From the human T2T-CHM13v2.0 reference genome, Homo sapiens: 64,000 nt of DNA. The stretch is from NCBI RefSeq assembly GCF_009914755.1, contig NC_060926.1. One strand, written 5' to 3'. The notes under the pieces were generated by a model. It was not told the DNA's origin. It saw only the letters and a program-made list of their open reading frames with translations, and made no database searches. This document shows positions 31,097-47,034 of this stretch, piece by piece. The translations under genes were made by a program, and so were the position numbers. Numbering within the stretch: position 1 is the first letter of the stretch; each line of letters opens with the position of its first letter.

Positions 31097-33321
31097 TTAT
31101 TAATCGATTTGGACCATAAGAAGAAAATCGAATGACTGTATACAATGACTTAATCTAAAACAAGAATTCCAGGAGGATTAAGAGGCATTCATCTGTTCTA
31201 TCAAGGCATTAACTGCTCTAAAAAACCATGGTTAGATGTGACACCTGTCACAGGCACCCGACAGGAAGCCCATCTTTTATTTTTCCCTTGCTTCTAAGAT
31301 AATTGCCATTTCTGTTGAAACTACTTCATAGAACATGGAACAGATCTTGAGGCAATTGAAGCTAGTGGAGAACTTTAGTGGGATGCAAAGACTAATGATG
31401 CCTCTCCATTGGTACCTGAGTGACCTTGGGCCAGCTATTTAATACCACTCTGCCTTGCTTCCCTCATCTGCAATACTAGCGTAATAATAAAAATATCTAT
31501 ACCTCCTGGGGAATCTTGTGAAGATTATATAAGGCCATGAATTCAAAACATTGACCCTTTTCCAAGACTTAGAAAATGTTCACTAAATAAAGAATAATTA
31601 TTAAAGGCTGTCTTTTGCTTATAATGCAAAAGTCTTAGCATTTTAATATACCATTATAATGTAATTTTCACTTTTATTATTGTAATTTTTGCATAATAGT
31701 GCAGAAAGCCTAGATTTTGGACATTGTTATTATAGTGGTGAGACAGCTTTATCAGTGAGGTCAACTGTTCCAAATAAGAAAATGCCCTTGGAATATAGAT
31801 TATTTAGGAATAAGTAAGGGAGTCTCTTCATGTTACCTAAGATCTTATCTCTTTATGATTTGGAAAAGCTTATTTTAAAAAAATCTATGCAAACAAAGCA
31901 TGCTTCAAATTATTCCCTAAAAATTAGATAAACTAATTTGACTTAAAATCCCACTGTGTATTTTTCTTTTTACAGTGCAAAACTCAAAAGCTCAAAAGCA
32001 GTAGATGTTTGAGGTGCCTAATTTTTAAAAGGTGTCACCCTTAAAGAAAATAGCGTTTTGGAGAACTGGTAAGTCTGAGACGTCTCAAAGCTGGGAGAAC
32101 CTGGTTAGAATGTAGAATACTGCTGCTGGGAATAAGGAGTTTAAAAGAAAAATGGAAGGAACTTAAATTGTTACTAGGGGTTTCTATACTCAAAAGAGCC
32201 AGGAGTTCAAATTCCATCCTAACTAAAGTTAAAGAGATGGAATCTTTAAAAAAAAAAAAAAAAAAATGACTTAGAAAAGCACAAAGACCTTTTTGCTCTT
32301 GAAAATTCTGTTCACGTGGCATTCTACTAGTAAAACCACAAAAGGCAAAGATAAGCATTACTGTGGATATGTAATACAACAAACACAAAATAATCTCCTC
32401 CCAACCTCTCTCCAGCCAAATGCTCAACTGCTTAATTCACAGGAATTTATACATGTAAAGTAGCACAGTCTTCTATCAGATGAGGGAAGGGGCTAAAATT
32501 AAACAACTGGCCTTAGGAATAAAATCTGTCACTTGGCATAGACAGGACTTAGCACTCTCTGTTGGTGTGGAGTAGAGAACTCTCCTGTTGGAAGATTGGG
32601 GATTCACGGTTTTGATTATCCCCTATCTCATGTGCCTTGGTGAATTTTCAGCTGCTGCAAATTGAGCAGCCAGGTGGCACGCTATTGATTTAAAAGGATT
32701 TCCCAGGTGCTACAAAGAAGAGTTAATGATCTTTTAACCTCTATAGAAGCTTTTAACCTGTATAGTCAGAAAAAAAAATGGAAATAACATTGGAAAAAAA
32801 TGGAAATAACATTGGAATAACATTCTCTGCAGACAGAAATGCACAATGTTGGTAGCATTTTATATCAGGAGCAAAAGCCAACTGTCCCCATGTCTGCAGA
32901 AGGGGTATTTTCTTTATAGGTAATCGTTTCAGTATTTAATCACTCAAGAGGACAGCAGCATGGTGAGATGGAGAGGGTCTGGGAAAAGACATCAGGAAAC
33001 CTGTGCCCTATATCAACTCAGATACTCACAAGTAAGGACTCAGAGTGTTGTACTAAATAATATTTGAAATCCCTTCCAGATCTATAATCATATCACCATT
33101 TGAGAGTCTGTCAATTACGTATGCATTTTGTGAAGACAACAGGATATGGCAGGAGGTGGGGGAGAGATTAATTTAATATAAAGTTGCTCATTTATTTCAT
33201 GTTGATGTGTTGCATTAAATCCCAAAGATAAAAAGACAATGGCAACAAAGGTACAGTCAACAGAAAAGCCCATCTCTGGTGTACAGCAGAGGGGAGCCTG
33301 TGTCTAAATAGTACGTGTTTA

Positions 33322-33471
<150 letters not shown>

Positions 33472-34016
33472 TTATCGGTACATCCAAAGCAGAGAGAAAG
33501 CATTATAGTGAGGAATGACACGGGCTCTCCTCTTACCAATAACCCTCACTGTTTAAACAAAGCAAAGGAAGACAAAAAACAAAAAACAAAAAAAAAAAAA
33601 AGAGGGAGGGTATAGTGGTCCTAACCAGCTGAGGAGAGAAATGGAACAAGGATAGGGGCCATCGTTCCTGCCAGATTTTCCTGCCAACAATCTACCTGCG
33701 TGCTCCGTAGTTAACAGGAGCCCTCGACAATACTAGAGACGGCCTGCCATTGATCTTGCTTCAGTCGCAGGTCTGCATAAGCCCTCTGGAAGCCCTGGCC
33801 ATGTTTGCTTCACATAAAACCTGGACACTGCGCTATATGGGAGACACGGTCATGCTCCTCCAGGTGACATCTGACCCCAGTGTGGAGTCCTTAAAACAGT
33901 TGGGCAAATCCTCAAACTCATGTTTCTAAGCTCATAAATTTCCTACAGTGTTGTCAGTTTTTAAATTCTGCCACTTTCTAAAAGTAACAACACAATAAAA
34001 ATTGATACTGTCAGTG

Positions 34017-34350
<334 letters not shown>

Positions 34351-34672
34351 TTAGAGAATCAATCACTTATCAGCTGCTATGCACAGCTTCGCCTGTTTTT
34401 TTTTTTCTTTAGATATGTTGTAGATAGTGGGGTTCTTCAAGGACAAATCGTAAAGGTAGTGTTTTAGACTTCTGCACACAAATGGAAATTCAGGTAGAAT
34501 ATCTTTCTTTCTTTTCTAGAATCATCTATCTTACTCAAAAAGGAACCTCAAATGTGTGAGAATAAGAGAAATAGTTTCATTTTCTCTATGAAATAAAAGC
34601 TAGTGACTCTCTGGTATGTCCTCCAAAGTAGAGCCATATTGGGATTTAAAAAAAAAAAAAAGCAGGGCTTAA

Positions 34673-34849
<177 letters not shown>

Positions 34850-34944
34850 TGAAGCCACTTTTTATTCGAGGGCTGGTCACTTCAGTTACCTAACTTATTC
34901 CTTTCTGTGCTGCCCCATGAGAAGTGAAGAGAACAATTAATTAC

Positions 34945-35411
34945 CTGTAAGGGTTCTTCATCAGTGCCAACAGGATGACATGAAATGATGTACTCAGAAG
35001 TGTCCTGGAATGGGGCCCATGAGATGGTTGTCTGAGAGAGAGCTTCTTGTCCTGTAGAGGCATTTGGATTGAGTCCCGGACCGTGTGGGTACAGGTGATA
35101 GTCTACATCTTCCCTGGGGATGTGACCAATTTGGATTTCCTCACCTACATTCGGCGGGTATGGTCTTGGCCTATGCCTTATGGGGGTGGCCGTTGTGGGC
35201 GGTGTGGTCCGCCTAAAACCATGTTCCTCAAAGATCATTTGTTGCCCAACACTGGGTTGCTGACCAGAAGTGCCAGGAAGCTGAATACCATTTCCAGTGT
35301 CATACCCAGGGTGGGTGACGAAAGGGGTCTTTTGAACTGTGGAAGGAACATCCAAGATCTCTGGTCCATGAAGATTGGGGTGTGGAAGGGTTACCAGTTG
35401 GGGAAGCTCGT
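34945..35411 (-). CDS. FN1: FN1 exon 40 (V/IIICS region plus III-15 first half)
   Basis: 467 nt, (D)[24 protein letters not shown]...GTDEEPLQ; internal acceptors at 35336 and 35051, internal donor at 35145; LDV 35347-35355, REDV 35104-35115. Confidence 0.97.
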
Positions 35412-36313
35412 CTAGCCGAGAGAGGTTAGAGCCAAAAAAGCAAAGCGCATTAAGCTCCAGGAAGTAGCAGCAATGATAATAATCGATTCAGGCAACAATG
35501 ACTGTTCATCAATTTGATAAAAGCCACCAGAAAATGAGCAGTTCTGAGATCACAAAACACTTTTTCCAGAAAGAAATCTTTAGGATTTTTCTCAAAGGTT
35601 TCTTTATAGTTTAGAAAGAAAAAAGTGTTAGTATGAATTTATCATACACACAGCTTTAAACCGCTGAGCCCCGTAGAAGCTGCCTCTGCTCAAATTAGAC
35701 CTAATGGAACTGAAATGTGCAGTCTTTCTCTTTCTCTCTTTCTTTTTTAAATTTGAGAAGCAAGTTGTAGGAAGTAGAATCCAGACTAATCATATCAGTG
35801 TCATAAGTATGAGAATTACAGAGGTTTGGCTCAACAGTTTTTCATGGTTTGAAATGGTAAAAATAGATAAAACACACATGTTCATTTTTGAAATTTTCCT
35901 ATATCAGGAATACACATTTTCTTGAAATTAACTGAAACTGGATGCAAAAGTAAGACATTATTTAGCTCTAAGTTGTAGAAACCAAATAAAGATAAATGTG
36001 AGAGGTTTCTCTCCCTCCTTTAAAAAAGGAAACATTTTAAAATTCAACAGAAGGTATAAAAGAAGAGCAATGATAGCTCTTCTTTTACATTTTAACATCT
36101 TGTTTGAATTTTTAAAAGGTGAATAACAAGGCTTTATATTGAGTGGCTGTAGTAAAGAAAAAAAATAAAACCAAACTCTGCAGTGCATGTTAAATTATTT
36201 CTCCTATTAAAGAATACAATATATACACTATGCTGTTAGATAAAAAAAATCACAAGAAATGCATCAAAACATGGAGAACCTTTTCATATTGCAAGATTGC
36301 TCATTTGTTATTA

Positions 36314-36472
<159 letters not shown>

Positions 36473-36707
36473 TTATGTCAATGGGCTCAGCTAGTCAAGT
36501 GGAAGTCGGTCTCACCAGCAGACGCTACTGGGAGCAGGCACTTCCTCTCCAGCTGGCTGTTGGCCTCTTGAAGGTAAAATCGACTTCACTTTTCCTCCAT
36601 AAACACCCAAATATCCTGCATATAAAGTCCGCATCGCAAACTAATTATCTTACTATCATATCTGACGCCTGAATAGACATTTTTTGGCTAACTTTTCCAG
36701 GGTATTC

Positions 36708-37003
36708 TTTTTTTTTTTTGAGATGGAGTCTGGCTCTGTCACCCAGGCTGGAGTGCAGTGGTGCTATCTCGGCTCACTGCAAGCTCCGCTTCCCAGGTTC
36801 AGCCATTCTCCTGCCTCAGCCACCCGAGTAGCTGGGACTACAGGCACCCATCACCACGCCTGGCTAATTTTGTTTTTGTATTTTTAGTAGAGATGGGGTT
36901 TCACCGTGTTAGCCAGGATGGTCTCGATCTCCTGACCTTGTGATCTGCCTGCCTCGGCCTCCCAAAGTGCTGGGATTACAGGCGTGAGCCACCGCGCCTG
37001 GCC
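36708..37003 (-). mobile_element. Alu (AluY-like)
   Basis: TSD TTTCCAGGGTATTCTTT. Confidence 0.94.
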
Positions 37004-37372
37004 TTTCCAGGGTATTCTTTTAACGTGGTCTTATTTGCCTTTTTGAATTTAAGAAAATCTATCAGCATCATATACCACCACTGGAATATAAATTTGAAAG
37101 AGAGTCCTGCAGATTATATACATGAATCTACTTAGGCCTAATAACCAAGCAGTCCTCAGTGGCAGATCAATGAAAAGTGAAACTAAAGGCAAGTGAAGGG
37201 TAGGAGAGATTGGCCAGTGTTTGTGCAGCCTCTGTGGGAAGTGTCTAGTTCAATTCCTCTCATGTCTGCTTTCTATTTTCCTGTTCCCCCCAATTCTAAA
37301 AAGCCAGTGTCTCCTTCTAATGTCTGTATGTTCTGTGGGAATTTTAAAGTCCAGGTGATACTCTATACAGAC

Positions 37373-37683
37373 TGATATGGTTTGGCTCTGTGTCTGCATC
37401 CAAATCTCATCTGGAATTGTAATCCCCATGTATTGAGGAGAGGAGGTGATTGGATCATGGGGTGGTTCCCCCAGGCTGTTCTCATGATAGTGAGTTCTCA
37501 CAAGATCTGATAGTTTTGTAAGTATCTGGAAGTTCCTCCTGTGTGCTTCTCTCTCCTGCTGCCATGTAAGACATGCCTGCTTTTCCTTCCACCATGATTG
37601 TACATTTTCTGAGGCCTCCCCAGCCATGCGGAACTGTGAGTCAATTAAACCTCTTTATAGCAGTATGAAAACAGACTAATACA
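37373..37683 (+). mobile_element. THE1D/MSTA-like MaLR solo LTR
   Basis: TGATATGGTTTGGCTCTGTGTC...AACAGACTAATACA. Confidence 0.9.
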
Positions 37684-38156
37684 GATAGTTTAAATATTTC
37701 ATCTCTTGGGCAAAAATAATACTAGAGGCTTATAGTCTTTCCCACCAAGGTAGACAACTCTTATTCCCCATTCCAGGCATTCTTCCAATGTGGGTGGTTG
37801 GGACTGCTCTGCCTCAAGACCTATCCTGTGATAGTGGTCAACAAGGTCAATGGCAGGTGGTGCACTGGCAAGTCCTGCAAGATTGCCATATCTATAGAGA
37901 GCTGAGTGTAATGACAGAATCACAATCAGCTAGTATGCTTTGAAAAATATCTTTCTCCAGGACTGAATTGACAGGTATCTGGCAAACTTGCAGCGAAAGG
38001 AAAACATGAGTCTAGTCATGCCATTAGTACAGTCTTGAAATTGCATTTTCCTTCACTCGTGCCTTTTGGGATGTATTAGGCTCTACCACTCCTACACAGA
38101 GAATGCTTTTTGAGGTTATCAGGAACAGAGTTTCGCATTCTCATGACACAGTATCA

Positions 38157-38432
<276 letters not shown>

Positions 38433-38634
38433 TTAAGTCTCTAAGAAGGCAAATAACCAAGAAAATTACTCCCACACTTTTCTCCCGAGCCGTTCTAAAC
38501 ACACTTAAAAGAATCTGAGAATACTGTAAACCGGAAACAAGATTCTCTGGAATCTATAATACAAAAATATACGCCTCACATTTGTTTTTTGAGTTCATGA
38601 AACTGATTGCATACAAGTCAATGGCATTTCCTCA

Positions 38635-38802
<168 letters not shown>

Positions 38803-39488
38803 CTAGCCTGCAATTTTTCTGGGTTCTTCTATCATCCCATATTTATATAGACTACCAAAGTGGTCCACATTTGAACAGTAAAGTAGAGCATGCTATGGAT
38901 GTTAACTGTTAACAAGAAACATATCTCGAAAGTGAATCACTGATACAGACAAGGACACTGGTAAAGTAAATTCTGGAATGCAAAAATGCTATGTTGGAAG
39001 AGGCCCTCTTGCAGAATGGGGGTCAGCCACTTATTGAGGTTTTCTCTTTACCGTAATCAGATGGTCAATAGTTGAGCCTTGGAATCACAATTTTAAAAAG
39101 CTAAAAAAGACCTCAGATATTGAATATTCTTCGGTTACAATTTTGGCCTTTATTAAGTGGTATTGTTTACTTTTATATTAACTATGCTTTTTAATGCTAA
39201 GATCTATACATCACTGTTTTTTATTTCTTTTAGTTTTAAACCTTATGTTACAATTTTTTAAATAAGAAAGGGCACAATGATGGAAGATCAAACTTGTTGA
39301 TTGACACTTACGCAATTTCCATGACAAATATTACACAAAATCAGGCATTCAAAGGACAAAACTATTTCTGATCATAGCATGAAAATAACGTTCTAAAACT
39401 GGGTTATGATGATAACACTGAAAATAAATTTTATCAGTGTCAGTCGTAGAACAGTTAATAAGCCCGTTTACATTGTGGGTATTTGTTA

Positions 39489-39713
<225 letters not shown>

Positions 39714-40063
39714 CTAGAGATTAGTGCCTGCTTGGCTCATCCATGTAAAGTTTTGGTATTTTAAAACGTTTCCTTGGTATATATCAAATTCATCCATTTC
39801 AAGAAATATATAACTAGTAATGTGTAGATTATCTCCTTTGGCATTCAGAGAGAAAGGTCAACTGTAATTAGAAAATAGGAAAATATCTACCTCTCAGACA
39901 TTTTATTTTGAAGAGCTGAAAAGCTTTATAGATACTACCAGTGGTTCCCAGGGCTGGCTTTATAGTATCTACAAATACTTCAATAAATATTAAAATTATT
40001 AATGTATTATAATGTAAAAATATGTGTGGTAGGAGTTACAATAACATGGCCAGCTAACAATTT

Positions 40064-40099
40064 TGTGTGTGTGTGTGTATGTGTGTGTGAGAGAGAGAG

Positions 40100-40130
<31 letters not shown>
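40064..40130. repeat. Compound (TG)n(AG)n(TG)n microsatellite
   Basis: Seen directly; FN1 intron 35. Confidence 0.95.
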
Positions 40131-40305
40131 CTAATATTACGGCAAGTATTTTGTATTTTCTCTCAACAGGTACAATGCCATCCCTCTTTTATAAATGATA
40201 AAACTTTGACACTTTACCTGACTTTTGAAAAGGCATACATCAAGGTATTGATATAACAGAAGACTAGAATCTAAGCCTGATTTGGTCCAATGGTTACTGT
40301 GCTGT

Positions 40306-40720
40306 GATATAATTTGGATATTTGTCCCTGTCCAAATCTCTGTTGAGTTGTAATCTCCAATGCTGGAGGTGGGGCCTGGTGAGAGGTGTTTGGATCATGG
40401 GGGCAGATCCCTTGTGGCTTGGTGCCCTCTTTATGACAGTGAGTTCTCAAGAGACTGGGTCATTTAAATGTATAAGGTCCTCCCCCCCCAACTCTCTCTC
40501 TCTCTCGGTCTTGCTTTTGCCACAGCCATGTGATGTGCCTGCTCCCCCTTGGCCTTCCACCATGAGTAAGCTTCCCAAGGCCTCCCTAGAAGCCAAGAAG
40601 ATACCAGCACCATGCTTCCTGTAAAGCCTGCTGGCCTGTGGGCCAATTAAGCCTCTTTTCTTTAGAAATTACCCAGTCTCCGGTATTTCTTTATAGTAAT
40701 GCAAGAATGGCCTAATATGC
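40306..40720 (+). mobile_element. MSTA/MSTB-like MaLR solo LTR
   Basis: TGATATAATTTGGATATTTGTCCC...GCAAGAATGGCCTAATA. Confidence 0.9.
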
Positions 40721-40981
40721 ATTGTTAAGATATAGCAGAAGCCAGTGGGGTCTCCCCAAGCTTAGCTCTATGAAAACAAATTCTAACAAGTAGAGCATAA
40801 ACTAGATGTCAGTCATAGTCCATAATATCAACATTATAAGCTTATGAAGTGATTCCATTTTATGGGTCAGTAGACCCCTTTCTGAAGGAGTATAAAAGAT
40901 GACAGTCATGCGTCAAAAAGGCAATCAAATTGATTTTCAAATTAGGACTCATTCCACTGTTAACATATAAATCTAAAAAAT

Positions 40982-41122
40982 TATTTATTTTATTTATTTT
41001 ATTTTTTTTAAGAGACAGGGCCTTGCTATTTGCCCGGGTAGGTCTCAAACTCCTGGCCTCAAGTGACGCTCCCGCCTCAGCTTCCCAAAGTGCTTGGATT
41101 TTAGACATGAGCCACTGAACCC
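40982..41122 (-). mobile_element. FLAM / Alu left monomer
   Basis: Reverse monomer ~70 nt from the exon 35 donor. Confidence 0.85.
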
Positions 41123-41188
41123 CACTGATTTACCATTCTTTAATTTTTGTCTATACAGAAGGTTTGTCCATATGAAGACATTTTGTTA

Positions 41189-41281
<93 letters not shown>

Positions 41282-42121
41282 CTAGAGAAATAAGGGCATG
41301 GTGAGCTTTAGCAACGTCCTCAACTGAAACCCAAGGAGTTTCACTACAGCATTAGGTAAATGCAATGGTTAGAAAATAAAAAATAAACAAACCAGCAAAA
41401 CCCACAACCTTGAAAATTCCTAGATTAATTTCATTCCTACAGTGCAGGTGATAAATGTATTTATCAATTTTAAAATGCTCTTAGCGGTTAAGCTTAAGTA
41501 AGCCATAGATTATATACTTAAACTAAGCTGGTAAAAAAAATGAGAAAAGTGGGTATTAGCGTATTTTTCTTTTTTATGATCTGACAGGTGTAAATCATAA
41601 TTTTTTCCTTATCATAGAGAGGCAAAGAGAATGTTCCCTTTTGTCTCTGAACCCTCTTTCTGTAGTTTCCCCTGAAATTGGCCTTATGTTAAGAGGTACA
41701 TCAGTCCCCTAGGTTCCTAGCAGTTTTCTGCATGTATGTCTGGAAGGATTTTAAAATGTTTTAATGAGGGTAGGCTCAAGGTAGACTGGTACAAACTGTA
41801 AAATATTCTTTACCAAGGTAACAGAGCTCAGAAAATGCATAACTAAGTCGATTTATGCATTCAACCAATGGATATGTAAATTGCCCCCCACAACCTTTTA
41901 AAATAAGCACAATACATCTAAAAGAGCTGCACAAAATCCAAAGCTATTTATAAAATTCTGTCCCAATAGTCATCTGGAAAACTTAGGTCAACATAAAGGA
42001 ATTCCGTTGATATAAAATTACAATAAGATTATTTGATGCAGAGGAAAAGAACAGTTAGATTTATTATGATATTATATTTTCACCACCTTAGAAACTGTGT
42101 TAGAGATGATCTCCATCTTTA

Positions 42122-42355
<234 letters not shown>

Positions 42356-42721
42356 TTAGAGGTTATCTTATAGGAAATGGGGGAAAAGGAAAATAAAGTG
42401 AGTTCCAAGAAGTAGAATGGATTGTTCTTGTTGGGCTAGGTGGGTTCCCTGGTCAAGCAAAGATTCAGTACAAGAAAGTACAGTAAGGGATGCAAAATGA
42501 AGAAAGTGTTTGCTGAGAAATGTGTTTTATATCCACCAATTCTCAGAATCACTGAAAACATTTGGGTAAATGCCAAAACTCTAAGAGATTTTAGGTTTTA
42601 CAAGTTTTGCTTTCCCTTAAAAAAAAAAGTTACATTGGCTTATTGGCCATTATGATTTATTTTACTTTTGTATGGAAAAATAAGCAATGGCCCTTTTTCT
42701 TTCTTAAAATTGTTAATTAAT

Positions 42722-43010
42722 TAATTTAGAAACGGTCTCTCTGTGTCATCCAGGCGGCAGTGCAGTGGAGTTATCATAGCTCACTGCAGCCTTGAACTCG
42801 TAGGCTCAAGTGATCCTCTACCTCAGCCTCTTGAGTAGCTGGGACTACAGGCATGTGTCACCACACCTCGCTAATTTTTTCATATTTTTTTGTAGAGACG
42901 GGGTCTCACTTCATTGCCCAGGCTGATCATGAACTCCTGGCCTCAATCAGTGCTCCCGGCTTAGCCTCCCAAAGCACTAGGATTACATGTGTGAGCCACT
43001 GCACCCGGCC
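42722..43010 (-). mobile_element. Alu (AluJ-like)
   Basis: Reverse Alu in the intron downstream of EDA. Confidence 0.92.
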
Positions 43011-43825
43011 TCCTTTTTCTATTCTACATAAAGTATCTTTGTATGGATAACCATTTCACGCAGTATTCCATCCAAAAAAGAGAGAATAATGTTTTTATTG
43101 TCTCTTTATTTGGACCCTATGGCAGATATGGCTGCTAAATTTGACGTTCTCTCTGTAATGCGGCGTAAGAAGAAAACTGGCTCCCAACAGAAGCAGAAAA
43201 GAGAAGCGAAAAGCAATAATACAGACTGTCACCTCTAGGGTTTATGCTGTCACTAGGATACATCTTTAGCATTCTACTCTGCTTCAGAAATAAAGCACAA
43301 GAAGATAAAGTATTATGGAAAGCAATTGCCCTATTGATTATTTCCTAGGTGTCTAAATCACAATCATTTAAGCTAATTATACACCAGCATATGATATCTA
43401 ACCAGAGAAGAAAGGTCTTACCCACGTGTGCTCAGAATCATGCTGCTATGAAATGCCCGAGTTTGGGTTCCTTTTTATAAGTAAGCTCTGTAATGCCAAA
43501 CTTCTTTTCTTTATACATAGTGAGGGTAATCACAGGGAGTCAGAGCTTAGGAAATAATCCACAACTTTAGTATCCTCTTCAAATGTCTTGCTTTATGGTC
43601 TTGTGTATAAGCCAGGATACTCCAAAATTTCTTTTAATCAGACTTGTTTCCTTAAATATCACCTAAGTTTTATTGTTTCTTACCATTCCTCTTTAAAGAG
43701 GATCTTTCCTAATAATTCTTTTTCACCCTTACACGGGAATCAATAGCCCAGTGAAGCATAATTCATTCAGTAGGGCATAAAGCCGCTGCTCCCATGGGCA
43801 CCTGGTGGTGCAATTAACCATATAC

Positions 43826-44095
43826 CTGTGGACTGGGTTCCAATCAGGGGCTGGCTCTCCATATCATCGTGCAAGGCAACCACACTGACTGTGTACTCAG
43901 AACCCGGTCTGAGGCCTTGCAGCTCTGCAGTGTCTTCTTCACCATCAGGTGCAGGGAATAGCTCATGGATTCCATCCTCAGGGCTCGAGTAGGTCACCCT
44001 GTACCTGGAAACTTGCCCCTGTGGGCTTTCCCAAGCAATTTTGATGGAATCGACATCCACATCAGTGAATGCCAGTCCTTTAGGGCGATCAATGT
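43826..44095 (-). CDS. FN1: FN1 exon 33, EDA (EIIIA) cassette exon
   Basis: 270 nt phase 1-1, (N)[27 protein letters not shown]...EDGIHEL...LIGTQST; weak donor gtatat. Confidence 0.98.
43915..43940 (-). promoter_or_regulatory. EDA exonic splicing enhancer GAAGAAGAC and adjacent CAAGG silencer
   Basis: GAAGAAGAC at 43932-43940 and CAAGG at 43915-43919, the classic SR-protein-responsive elements of EDA. Confidence 0.85.
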
Positions 44096-44485
44096 CTGTT
44101 AGGCAAATTAATGGTAAGAGGTTATGTGAAAAGCAAGTTGTGAAATAAGCATTTTTATAACATGCAAAGCAGTTTTGCAGATACCATTTTCTTTGATGAA
44201 GTCCAATTAACCCACTATCAAAAGGAAAAATCACTTAAACACTTGCTTAATTTTTCTTGGTTTAGAAAATATGCAATGTTGCATCACTTATTAAAACATA
44301 GGTGTATGTGAGATAAGCAGATACCCTGCAAAATGTCCCCACAATGGGGATGTATTTATATTAATTTAAAGATATTCTACCACGATTTGATTTTTACAAT
44401 GTGATGTTAGTCTCATAGACCTGGATTTTCTATACCTTGGAAGTGGTAAAGCTGATTTGCAATGTCAGATTCAAATTGTTATAAT

Positions 44486-44779
44486 TGTTTTGTTTTGTTT
44501 TTTTTTGAGATGGAGTCTCACTCTATCACCTAGGCTGGGGTGCAGAGGCATGATCTTAGCTCACTGCAACTTCTGCCTCCTGGGTCCAAGTGATTCTTCT
44601 GCCTCAGCCTCCTGAGTAGCTGGGATTACAGGCACGTGCCACCGCGACTGGCTAATTTTTGTATTTTTAGTAGAGATGGGGTTTCACCATGTTGGTCAGG
44701 CTGGTCTCGAACTCCTGACCTCGTGATCCGCCTGCCTCAGCCTCCCAAAATGCTGGGATTACAGGCGTGAGCCCAGCCC
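44486..44779 (-). mobile_element. Alu (AluS-like)
   Basis: Reverse Alu upstream of EDA; TSD TATAATKGTT. Confidence 0.93.
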
Positions 44780-45221
44780 TATAATGGTTCTTACACTCTT
44801 CTTTTCCCCTCTCTATTAAGCATTTATATTACACTCTGGTCCAGCCATAGCCCTTCAAATGCCCCAAACATAAAGCTACATGAGGCACACTTCAATCAAC
44901 TTTACCATCCAGTTGTAGAAAAGACGGTCTAGGAAAATTTTTTGTAGATTTGCTATAGGCAAATAAGATTTCGCTGAGGCCATTTGAGCAAAAGAAATTC
45001 AAAGCACAGCAACTAACTATGGTGGTTTCACAACTTCTTTCTCTGTAAATTCCTCGCTTGGCACTGAGAAGGAAAAAAGATGTTCGTAAAGGGCTCAGCT
45101 CAAGACATAAACTAACCAACAAGTTCACTTTCCCTATGTGTAATTGCAAAAGACATGTCGTGGGCATTCAGACACCCAAGAACAAAATTTGACTTTGAAA
45201 ATGGAAACCAAGCAGTGGTTA

Positions 45222-45383
<162 letters not shown>

Positions 45384-46016
45384 CTATAAAGTCCTCAAGT
45401 GGCGTCTAGAGTTTGGTAGTAAACATATGGTGGCCTAGAATTTTTATTTGCAGAATTGTAACAAAAATATGGAGAGTCAGACTTTGATTTCCTCTTGGAC
45501 AAACCTGTTCATTGCTAATACAAATTACCATATGGGAGTGAAGTCACACTCAAGGATAAGATCTAAAACTTAATATGATGCCCCCAACAATTAGTGATAC
45601 TGCTCTCAGAAAAAATGAAAATTAACTTGACTCTAATAAATTGCCTTAAGATCCTAATTTCACAAGTATTCTATTTAAAAACAAAGACAACATAGCTAAA
45701 AAGAGCTGAAAAAGTCAGTTAGGCCATTTATCTCTTCTTAGTGTGAATGATAAACAAAACCAGAAGGGTGAATCTAGTAATTTAAGATGTCCATATCACT
45801 AAATAGAACTATCCATGTAAAAACAGAAATGCACTTAAGACTTCTACTGTGAAAAGGGTTGATAATGATCTTGAGCCCTGAACTCATGAATGGGGACAAT
45901 GATGACATAGGACAAAAAAATACATAGTACTCACAACAAGGTAGCCATTTATATAAAAAAGAATATTAGGTGGTCCTACCCCATCTATCCTGTTGTATAT
46001 GAGATGCAGATTACTC

Positions 46017-46322
<306 letters not shown>

Positions 46323-46342
46323 GAGATGCAGATGATTCTTAC

Positions 46343-46498
46343 CTGGACCTGCAGTTTTAGTTTTTGTTGGTCCTGGTCCATTTTTGGGAGTGGTGGTTAC
46401 TCTGTAACCAGTAACAGGGGAACTTGAAGGCAGCCACTTGACACTAATGCTGTTGTCCTGAACATCGGTCACTTGCATCTGGGATGGTTTGTCAATTT
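46343..46498 (-). CDS. FN1: FN1 exon 31 (III-11a)
   Basis: 156 nt, (E)[51 protein letters not shown]; tag/gtaaga. Confidence 0.97.
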
Positions 46499-47034
46499 CT
46501 ACAAATAAAAGCAGGGAGAAACCAGTGAAGCCCCAGTCCTTGGAGACAAGATTGGACAAGTCCTCCTCTCTAGGTCTGGTACATATTCGAATGATCTCTT
46601 ACATGAGAAAGGTATTTCTTCTCGAAAGAATACAGAGAGAGCTTTTAGAGGGATGGGGCAGGCATCTCAATACCATTTCCTATTTTTGAGATGGTTGCTT
46701 CATTCACAAAGAAGCTACATTCCACAAGCAGGTGTCTCTTCCTACTTTATCCACTCATCCATTCTTTTCCCACAAATACTTACTGAACACTCTCTATGCC
46801 TGTCGTATTGCAGACATGCGGAATATATCGACAAAACTGACTGAACTTCCTGCCCTTGGGGTGCTTCCTTCTTTATCTGGCTCAAAACTCTGTTCGCTGC
46901 AGGTGCTAGCTGCAGGTTGTTGCTCATTAAAAAGGAAAATCTATTCTACAATTAGAAAAATACCTTGGGAGAACATTGCAAAACAGTATCTGAATAAGTA
47001 AAAGCTGGTGTCACCCCAGAGTAGAAGTTTGTAC

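Noticed and set aside
35047-35415. 122-aa + strand ORF antisense to the FN1 V exon (similar shadows at 49815, 57469, 38110)
   Set aside because: Antisense shadows of coding exons; non-ATG or unsupported starts and no independent splice or promoter evidence.
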